Shown: one piece after another, positions 51,743 to 60,655 of the stretch
Layout of the letters: the number at the start of each line of letters is the position of its first letter
Numbering within the stretch: position 1 is the stretch's first letter
Assembly: GCF_001194135.2 (NCBI RefSeq)
Contig: NC_068990.1
Coordinates: forward strand, 38,957,386 to 39,018,040
Origin: Octopus bimaculoides
Lineage: Eukaryota
Direction: 5' to 3'
Length of the DNA: 60,655 nt
The notes under the pieces: generated by a model
The model's database searches: none
What the model saw: the letters and a program-made list of their open reading frames with translations, nothing else
Told to the model about the DNA's origin: nothing
Position numbers and translations under genes: made by a program

Positions 51743-52495
51743 ATAAAAAAATAAATAGTATACAATAAAATAAAAAGAAGAGGGTAGAATGTAGGATCAC
51801 CTCTGTGCCACTTATTGCGTTATCTTTGTTTCGGATCGTTTGCAAGATATTAATATCACAAAGAATGCGCAAAATGGCTTCAAAAGAGAAACGATTTGAG
51901 ACTGGCACGAAATAATCCTTACTGCTCATGCTGTTACTTTCGCTGACATTCTACCATGGTTCCTGTTAATGTTGATGGTATAATGGTCGTTATAATAACT
52001 GTTATTTTTTTATTGTTTATATTATTGTTGCTCCAACCGCTGTTGCTGCTGGCGATGTTATTGTTATTTATTGCTATCATTGTTTTCTGCAATTAAGGCA
52101 GCGTGCTGGCAGAATCTTTAGAGCGACAGATTTATTTTCCATGCTGTATTTCTTTCCTGGTTCTTTTCGATCTGGTTTCAAATCCTGTCGAGGTAGGTCA
52201 ACTAATCCTGTCAGTCTTTCGGATATGATGGCGTCATTTAACACCTTACCTTAAAATTGCTAGTCATCTGCCTACAGCAGAAATCATTATTATTTATTGA
52301 AAGTATGGATGTTGTTATTTAGATGTTGATGGCGAATATGGCTATGCAGCTGATGTTCATGATGATGGTGATGATGAGGATGACCACAATGACAACAACG
52401 ACCATGAGGTTGATGACGATGAGGAATAGGATGACAATGAATATGAGGATAATGAGGCTGATCATCTTGACGACAACGGATGAAGATGGCAACAA

Positions 52496-52702
52496 TTACT
52501 CTCTTACTCTTTTAATTGTTTCAGTCATTTGAATGTAGCCATGCTGGAGCACCGCCTTTAGTCGAGCAAATCGGACCCAGGACTTATTGTTTTAACCCTA
52601 GTATTTATTCTACCGGTCTCCTTTGTCGAACCGCTAAGTTACGAGGACGTAAACACACCAGTATCCTTTGTCAAGTGATGTTGGGGGAACAAATCAGACA
52701 CA

Positions 52703-52740
<38 letters not shown>

Positions 52741-53057
52741 TACATATATATNNNNNNNNNNNNNNNNNNNNNNNNNNNNNNNNNNNNNNNNNNNNNNNNN
52801 NNNNNNNNNNNNNNNNNNNNNNNNNNNNNNNNNNNNNNNNNNNNNNNNNNNNNNNNNNNNNNNNNNNNNATATATATATATATATACAAACATAAATACG
52901 ACGGGCTTCTTTCAGTTTCCGTCTACCAAATCCGCTCACAAGGCTTTGGTCGGTCCGAGGCTATAGTAGAAGACACTTGCCGAAGGTGCCATGCAGTTGG
53001 ACTGAACCCGGAACTATGTGTTTCGCAAGCAAGCTACTTACCACACAGCTACTCCTA
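52496..53057 (-). mobile_element. SINE family B, full length, gap in internal microsatellite
   Basis: Reverse complement of 51338-51742 on both sides of gap 52752-52869. Confidence 0.92.
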
Positions 53058-54209
53058 GGGATATTACTGCTCCTGCTGATGATGAAAAGAGTGTCGACGG
53101 CAGCGGTGGTGGGGAAGAAGATAATAGTGGTGGTGAGGGAGGAGGCAGGAGTGGGATGATGGTAATGATGATGATGATGGTATTTGCGATAAAGATGCAC
53201 GTTTAAAATGAGTTTTTTTACGGTAAATTGTAGATGATACGTTTAAAGTTTAATGTTTGCTTTAGAGTGATAATGACTTAACAGAAGTGATAATGTGTTT
53301 TGCAGATGGATAATGCTAAATATATAACAGTGAGTTAGAGTTAAATATTTATGGGGTGGGGTATTATTGTTAGTGAGAGTGAGAAGAAAGAAGAAAACGA
53401 AGAGGAGTTGCGAGGTGGTGGGATGGAAAGAGATTTGGTAGGAGTGAGCAAGATGGAGTAATATGTTTATAAAGAGAGGCATTGTGGGAACGGGAAAGTG
53501 AAAGAAAGAAAAGCAGAAACAAAGGAAACCAGAAAGATAGAAATAAATAAATAAAAAAAAGTAGAAAGAAAAAGACAGAAAGAAAAGCAAAAACGAAAGA
53601 AAGACAGCTGCTATTAGAAATAGAAATTGTAAGATTTAAGAAAAATTATAACAGGTGTAGTGTAAACTGGAAATGGAGTACATGATGAAATCATTGTTTA
53701 AGATTTCTCAGCATTGTGATAAAGTTGGGTTAGACAGAAACTGAATGCACCTTAGGCAATTCTCTCAGTTGTAGAGGGCAGTCTACATAAACTTATGAAG
53801 GACAAGATACTTGGCATTACATTAATGCAAGTAGATGCAATCGAAACTTAGAGCATCAAGTGAACTTTTTAGCCCTTATAATATCATTTAGCTCTTTTAC
53901 TTGAGCAATATCTGCTAAATACACCTAAAAACCAAGACTTACGTGAATAATAACTTGGTATCGTGTTATGTATAATATGCTATGACCCAATCACAACGAC
54001 AGCAAAATCAACGGCAACAACAACTACTGCCACAAGCTAAACAGAAACGAATCGTAAGTTGAGAAATGAAATCAAATAACTTACAGAATGCAAACAACAA
54101 AGATATACCTCAAATTTCCATTAATATTTGAATGGGAAAGAAATAGTTCTCTATTTATGATTACCGTGTATATAAAAAGGTACAATTTCCAGCAAAACAA
54201 AAAGCCTTA

Positions 54210-54420
54210 AAACTTGCACCCCAATGGCGTATGTGATCCCCAGCTGGACGGGACGCCAGTCCATCGCAGCGTTACTCATTTTTGCCAGCTGAGTGGACTG
54301 GAGCAACGTGAAATGAAGTGTTTTGCTCAAGAACACAAAGCGTCACCCGGTCCAGGAATCGAAACCACAATCTTACGATCATGATGCTGATACCCAAGCC
54401 ACTAAGCCACGCGCCTCCAC
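54210..54420 (-). mobile_element. CORE-like tRNA SINE with tail T2
   Basis: Reverse complement: GTGGAGGCGCGTGGCTTAGTGG...GGTTTCGATTCC, CORE-like TTGAGCAAAACACTT...CCAGTCCACTCAGCTGGCAAAAATGAGT, tail GCGATGGACTGGCGTCCCGTCCAGCTGGGG. Confidence 0.88.
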
Positions 54421-55441
54421 AACCGTTAATCTAGAGTAAAGTATATCAGTCCGTTATAAAAATTACAGTTCAATATCTATAATAAAATACTTATCATAGG
54501 CTTAATGCGTGGTTGTCCGGTAACAGTGAGATCTGTTCTCTGCGCTACGCTGGCTTATTAGCGTGTAGTTGTTATATTTCAGGTAAATACTTTGATCTAC
54601 TGAGACATAACAATTAAAAAAATGTACTGCTCTTACCCAAGTTTAAAGGAATATGCTTCCAGAGAATGGTGCTTGCGATAGACTATTGCCTTATCCAATA
54701 AATTTTTCCTGCAACCGCAACATCGTCTCCGCTTTCCTCATTGATATGACGATGAATCTATTAAAGTAATTACAGTGTCGTTAATTATTTCAAACACTCA
54801 TTATTTTACGGGACCGACGTAGTTATTAGACTTCATTAGACCTGCATTAGACCTGCTAGAAATGGCAGTTAAATCTATCTCAAATAACACTCAGCTGTCT
54901 AATTGCTTAAAACAAAAATAAGGAAAAATGAACACATTAGAAATTGAGGTCTTAGATACTAAGTTCCCGAGAGAGAGCAACAGGTGAATGTGCATACAAG
55001 AACACTTTTGATCATAGCTCGGAGACGCTGCAGCTGTGACCATCTTGTCTTTCTTTCTATTTTTTTTTTTAATCTTAGAGTATGAAGTCCCATAATCACC
55101 AATATGCTATTTTTAAAAACAGCACTATGTGATTTCAGTGAGATTTAAACAGCTATTTCTAACTACATGCCTACACATTAAGTTGTCCTTAGTACGAAAT
55201 CCAAAGGTCATATATGATGTTCTCTCCAGTTATAAAACTTTAGGGTAATGTCGGTGCACCTGTTCTCTGTCTTTTGTTGAGCAAAGCTTTATTGTTTGGA
55301 TACAAGTTAAACTTATATTAACGTCTCATGTTGAATATCGCCAACGTTATACGGGACTTTCATTTATTTTATTACATTTTAATGTTTGTCCTAACGAATA
55401 TTTTGGTTAGTTTCTTGATTATCTGCGCGTCAGTTATTGTA

Positions 55442-55489
<48 letters not shown>

Positions 55490-55567
55490 TTATCTGTCTG
55501 TCTACTGTCTGTCTATTTACATATGCATTCATATATATAAATATATGCGCATATATGTGTGTGTGTG

Positions 55568-55611
<44 letters not shown>

Positions 55612-56869
55612 TATATACACACATACATGTACATGCCTACATATATATATATATATATGAACATAAACATGCATGTTCTCCTCTTACGGGGCATAAGATT
55701 TCCAGAAAATCAGGTGATCCTTTAAATGAAAAGTTTCGTAAGAAGCTCATCTGTTACAAAATTAAGTAGGTCGGTTCTGCAGTATGGCCATAGACTACTG
55801 GCTGAAAAGGAAAAAAAAAGTGTAAATAAATGGAGTTAGGTAAGAAGGGATTTTGTTAAGGTGCTACCCGCACCGCCCTTAATTCGAATACCCTTCGAAA
55901 TTTTGTCCGCCGCCGTAACGACACTGACACCCCGCAAACTTAATATAAACAAAGTATATCTTTAAATACTCATACAAAAGCAAATAAACACAGTCACAAC
56001 GTGAAAGAAAATAAAATTTTATGAAAATTTAATTGTGAAAATATAACAGCGGATTCTAATTTGGTCCCTTCCTCTAATGATAATATTGTGCTATTTGTAT
56101 TGTATAATTTCTCTTCTTTGATGTAACTTCTCTCTCTCTGCTGTTCTTCTCTCTCTCCTGTTTTTTCTCTCTCTCTCCTGTTTCTCTCTCGCTCTCGCTC
56201 TCTCTCTCTTGGTGTGCGTGTGTGTGTGTGTGTGTGTTTGTGCGCATACACACATATAGACACAAGCACACACACACACACGCACACACACACACATACA
56301 CACACTCACTCACACGGATGTATAAATATTTGAAAATATGTGATACATCTGTGAGGAAAGGTGTCCGCCCACCGACCGTCTCAGTGGTACTCAGTGTCAT
56401 TCAGTGCATACAGGCTGTCAACTTAGAAAATACAAACGTAGGCTTTAGTTTTAAATTATAACCACGGAAGCTGTGATTATTGTTGTGGTAGTAGTGTTAG
56501 TGGTAGTTATTATAGTTGTACTCGTGGTAATTGCGTTAGCGATGACTTTCGTAATTGTAGCTGCGGTCGTAGCGATAATGTCAGCGGTGGTTGTTGTAGT
56601 TTGTAGTTGTAGTTGGGGTTATGATGTTTGTGGTGATTGCAGTGTAGTTCCGGAGTATTTTGGTGTCGGTTGTCGTATGATAGCGTTGGTGCTGTTGCTG
56701 CTGCTCGTGTTAATGAGTTGGTAGTATTTGTTGTTTGTTCGAGATTTTATGTCTGCCGGTGGTAGTACTGCTGTCCAAGTAATTCTAGACTTGATAATTG
56801 CGAGGTGGAGAAACTTTTGATGATGACCGTGTGGGTGACCACGATGCTAGTCAATAATACTTTAAAGAA

Positions 56870-57450
56870 ACTAAAGCCGACGATTAATGCAATTATTCAC
56901 CTCTAGGAGGCAGGAATCCGTTACGGTCATTTGGTCAGTTGTCACAAAAGAATAAATAGTCCGAGATCAGTAAGGACGGACTACCCCCCTTAGCCTAGTA
57001 ATATTTGCGGGCCATAAAAGGGGGAAGAAATGATTTATCTCTTAGGTTGCTTATAGATTGTAAAGACCTTTCGGGGCTTAATCAGAGATCGGGCAATCCC
57101 ATGTTTACAGCTGGTAGTGGTTGAAATGGATGCAAGGACAGTAAAGTTTCTGGCGAGTGTTCAGTGATCCATATTTCAGAGAGATTTTCAGTATCCTGGC
57201 TCACTCGGCTATGCAAAGCTTGCAGTGTTCGATCCCGTTATCATAGAGTCACAACCGCTCTAAGATTCTCCATTTCATGTCGTATGGGCTCCCTTAATCG
57301 TTTAAGCACCACAAGTGGTTGGCCAGAGATGTGAGAAATCATCCTTCTAGAATCCTGTAAGAGTTACCTGCGGTTGTACAGGCCTCGCTTGAAGGCCGTC
57401 CCAATTGATCCGATGTATTTCCAGGCTTGGGTGTTGGTTGCGCTCACGTT
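56870..57450 (-). mobile_element. Penelope-like element (PLE) GIY-YIG endonuclease C-terminal remnant plus 3' region
   Basis: WKYIGS..TAFKRGLYN, then SLANHLWCLND*GSPYDMKWRIL...YDNG..HCKLCIAE*..I...SLNTRQKLYCPCIH..YQL* (stop at 57105-57107). This is the characteristic PLE YIG...FK.R.YNH...L..HIW.LK...W.IL...C.LC..EK...LN.R.E....C.H pattern. Confidence 0.88.
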
Positions 57451-57471
57451 ACTAGCGCATCTTTGGTTGGC

Positions 57472-57513
<42 letters not shown>

Positions 57514-57523
57514 AACACACAAT

Positions 57524-57930
57524 AGATGAAGGTAGAAATAGCACAGTAGTAAGTCTAAGACATTTCAATTTAAGAGACAATTTAATAAAAATGATTTTAA
57601 AAATTATATAAAGAAAATATTACCAGCTTCGATGGAACTCATCTTATCAAAGTGTTAGAGAGTGAAAAAAGAGGTAACCCCCTTCTCTCACTCTCTAATA
57701 CTTTCAACTCTATACCAAACTATACGAAAAATTTCCAGATATGTTATTGACCCCCAGACAGAAGTTAAACTGTTTTTACTTTAATGTTTTATAAATTTTT
57801 ACTGATATTTAATAAGATGAGATTCACCAAAACCGGTAATATTTTTTAATATAATTTTTTAAATCATTTTTATTTAATTGCCTCTTAAATTGAAATGTCT
57901 TAGACTTCTGTGCTATTTCCACCTCCATCT
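57524..57930. mobile_element. MITE (~407 bp) with ~125-bp terminal inverted repeats
   Basis: 57524-57650 is the imperfect reverse complement of 57808-57930 (AGATGRAGGTRGAAATAGCACAG..AAGTCTAAGACATTTCAATTTAAGAG). No TSD could be read with confidence. Confidence 0.88.
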
Positions 57931-58042
57931 TTATATATAAAAAATTGGTTTCTATAGAGCCCTAATTTTTTTTTTTCAGATTGACCGTTGACTGAACACT
58001 ATTCAATTTTTTTTCTCCGTGTTTTTCTCCTTGTCTCCGTAT

Positions 58043-58079
58043 TCTTTCTGTTGAAGAGCGTAGCTCGAAACGTCAAAGA
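58043..58079 (+). ncRNA. Minimal type I hammerhead-ribozyme-like motif 1 (variant core CUGUUGA)
   Basis: Stem I UCUUU/AAAGA, core CUG(U)UGA, extra A, stem II GAGC-GUA-GCUC, GAAA, palindromic ACGU stem III, GUC triplet. Confidence 0.55.
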
Positions 58080-58169
58080 CTTTCCGTATTCCCGAGCGTC
58101 ATACTAATACATCCTTTTGTTATTTACACCACCTGTCCTCTTCTGTTGTTGTTTTTCGTACATTCTCCC

Positions 58170-58210
<41 letters not shown>

Positions 58211-58388
58211 NNNNNNNNNNNNNNNNNNNNNNNNNNNNNNNNNNNNNNNNNNNNNNNNNNNNNNNNNNNNNNNNNNNNNNNNNNNNNNNNNNNNNNNNNN
58301 NNNNNNNNNNNNNNNNNNNNNNNNNNNNNNNNNNNNNNNNNNNNNNNNNNNTGCAAGATTTTTTATGTGAAATCGTGTGTTGAAACAG

Positions 58389-58629
58389 ATGTTGTTGTAC
58401 TTGGGGATTGTCATATTGCCAGTTTAGCCAAGCAAGGTGAGACACACATAAAAAAGAAGGAAACAAAGGACCACTGATGAGGTCACAGAAGTGTGACGAA
58501 AGAACTCTGGCCGAAATAAGATTAAGATTAAGATTAATGTAATATAAAGCTGAAAAAAAAAAAATTAACACCAAATATACAGTGCGTGTGTTTTTATTGG
58601 CTAAACTGGCAATATGACCATCCCCAAGT

Positions 58630-58639
<10 letters not shown>
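58389..58639. mobile_element. 251-bp element bounded by 43-bp inverted repeats and containing a hammerhead-like motif
   Basis: ATGTTGTTGTACTTGGGGATTGTCATATTGCCAGTTTAGCCAA (58389-58431) vs 58597-58639 is a 42/43 inverted match; followed by (TA)n. Confidence 0.85.
58468..58512 (+). ncRNA. Minimal type I hammerhead-ribozyme-like motif 2
   Basis: GG(A)CCA stem I, CUGAUGA core, extra G, stem II GUCAC-AGAAGU-GUGAC, GAAA, short stem III AG/CU, CUC triplet, UGGCC stem I 3' strand. Confidence 0.65.
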
Positions 58640-58660
<21 letters not shown>

Positions 58661-58661
<1 letters not shown>

Positions 58662-58819
58662 GACGGGCTTCTTTCCATTTTCGTCTACCAAATCCACACA
58701 AAAGACTTCGGTCAGCCAGAGGCTACAGTAGAAGGCACTTGCCCAAGGTGCCACACAATGAGAGTGAACCTATAATTGTGTGGTTGGGAAGCAAACTTCT
58801 TACCACAAAGCCACGCCTA
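58661..58819 (-). mobile_element. SINE family B, 5' half
   Basis: GACGGGCTTCTTTCCATTTTCGTCTACCAAATCCAC...CTTGCCCAAGGTGCCAC...CTTACCACAAAGCCAC. Confidence 0.85.
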
Positions 58820-60342
58820 TAGTAATGGCGGCAGTTTTGGTCAAGCCGATGGTAGTGGTGCAAGTGAAGTGGCGATAGCATGATAATAAATATGTTGTTG
58901 TTGCTGTTATTGTTGATGGTGGTGGGGATGTGGTGGAGTGAAATGGATGTGATGTTCATTTGGTGACGTTCGTTTTTGTTGTATTTCAGGTGTGGTCGTA
59001 TTATAAGTGGTTAAAGTTTGGTAGTATAAATGTTCGTAGTGATGATAAAGACAGTTTTGTTGGTGGTGGTGATGGTGACTTGTTAATGACAAGAATCCTT
59101 CAGGAGGGGATAGAGTGGGCACAAGCATTATGTGGTGTTACCGAAAATTATGGTGGAGCTGATGGGCTGGCGCAGATGGTTGTTCTTGTTCGTACATATT
59201 TAGCCCCTGGTCAAACCTTATCGAGTATTTCAATGATCAAAGCATCCCACTCGGACCCATGCAGTGTTTTTCTTACGTGCAAAGTATCCAGAACCACCGT
59301 GTCGGTCGAGTTCTTTTCTTAAACGTTGGTGGGGTCAGATTTGATAGCGACTTAGCTGCTATTTCTGACAGATAAAATGACCTTACGAAAAATCTCTTAT
59401 GTATTTATTCTTTTGATGCCGGTTATATTGTTGTTGTTCCCGTTGTTGCTGCCGCTGCTGCTGTTGTTGGTGTTGTACCTGTTTAGTCATGTATCGATTG
59501 TGTTACTAGAAATGCTGCTGTTGATGGTGATGATGAAAATGGTGGTGGTGGTGGTGGTGGTGGTGGTGGTGGTGGTGCTGCTGCTGCTAGTTGCGACAAT
59601 AGCAATACTGGCTGCGTCAGCTGTGGTGCTGGCGGTGGTGCTGTACGTGGCGGTGATAAAATTGATCATCTTTCCAATGTTTGTAGCCATCGGTTATTCT
59701 GAAAATAATGGGGTTATTGATGCTGATGCCACTGACTTTATAGGACGCCTATAGCTAGTTTAGTGAGTTGATTAAAATAAAAGGTTTTCTGTCTACCATG
59801 CTGTTCTTCCTATCACCGAGCTTACAGAAGAATGAGTTTAAATTAAAATCGTTAATTTAATTATCAATGGACACTGGCCCATATTTAAGTAATAAAAATT
59901 TGGACAACATTATTTCCAGAGCTTATAATATTAGAAATAGTAGCAGTAGATTTCAATATATTGATTAGGCAAATATACAATTAACACCTGTTCTTTGTAT
60001 GAGAAAATAAGGGAGACAACTCTGAACGATTCTATTTCATTGGACTCCTACAGCCTTTGTCATTGAAGCAATCAGGCTGCATAAAACTTACATGAAATTT
60101 TACTTGCTAAAAGTCAAATGTTACCCTTGCTGTTAATTCATGCATTACAGAAATTGTTATATCAATATTTGAAACTAAAAATCAAATCAATCACATCATT
60201 GTTGACTACTATTTCATAAATTAATCTTCAATTGTTTAAAGATATATGTCATTTTATTACTAATGTATTCAAACTCCAACAATCAAGATTGAGAATTCGC
60301 AATTTCACCATATACAATATTGAAACATACCTATATACATGA

Positions 60343-60655
60343 GTGGAGGCGCAATGGCCCAGTGGTTAGGGCAGTGGACTCGCGGTCATAGGATCGCGGT
60401 TTCGATTCCCAGACCGGAAGTTGTGAGTGCTTATTGAGCGAAAACACCTAAAGCTCCACGAGGCTCCGGCAGGGGATGGTGGTGAACCCTGCTGTACTCT
60501 TTCACCACAACTTTCTCACACTCTTACTTCCTGTTTCTGTTGTGCCTGTAATTCAAAGGGTCAGCCTTATCACACTGTGTCACGCTGAATATCCCCGAGA
60601 ACTACGTTAAGGGTACACGTGTCTGTGGAGTGCTCAGTCACTTGCACGTTAATTT
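60343..60655 (+). mobile_element. tRNA SINE family C with tail T1 (runs off the window end)
   Basis: GTGGAGGCGCAATGGCCCAGTGGTTAGGG...GGTTTCGATTCCC, body GAGCGAAAACACCTAAAGCTCCACGAGGCTCCGG, tail CCTGTAATTCAAAGGGTCAGCCTT.TCACACTGTGTCACGCTGAAT. Confidence 0.92.

Noticed and set aside
55866-55900. GCCCTTAATTCG as the partner TIR of the hAT end at 32876
   Set aside because: Only about 11 bp match, the terminal GGCGCTG is absent, and it lies 23 kb away.

Overview
This is AT-rich, microsatellite-saturated animal genomic DNA with 11 N-gaps, most of them beside (TA)n tracts. The SINE families and repeat landscape point to a coleoid cephalopod, most likely Octopus (inferred from recall, no database search). 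No intact host protein-coding gene, rRNA, tRNA gene or CRISPR array can be supported, and most listed ORFs are microsatellite or gap artefacts. The window reads as a large intron or intergenic region full of transposon debris. It contains several independent R4/Dong (RLE) LINE fragments, L1/Tx1 LINE fragments, a Penelope-like GIY-YIG remnant, an internally deleted Tc1, a hAT transposase 3' end, a ~400-bp MITE and many tRNA-derived SINEs whose body and tail modules are combinatorially shuffled. The most notable signal is at 57.1-58.65 kb. Two different minimal type I hammerhead-ribozyme-like motifs lie beside the Penelope remnant, and one of them is enclosed in a 251-bp element bounded by 43-bp near-perfect inverted repeats (a candidate ribozyme-bearing non-autonomous element). 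Two unassigned coding-like islands (13.6-14.0 kb and 19.1-19.5 kb) and a few isolated exon candidates remain unexplained.
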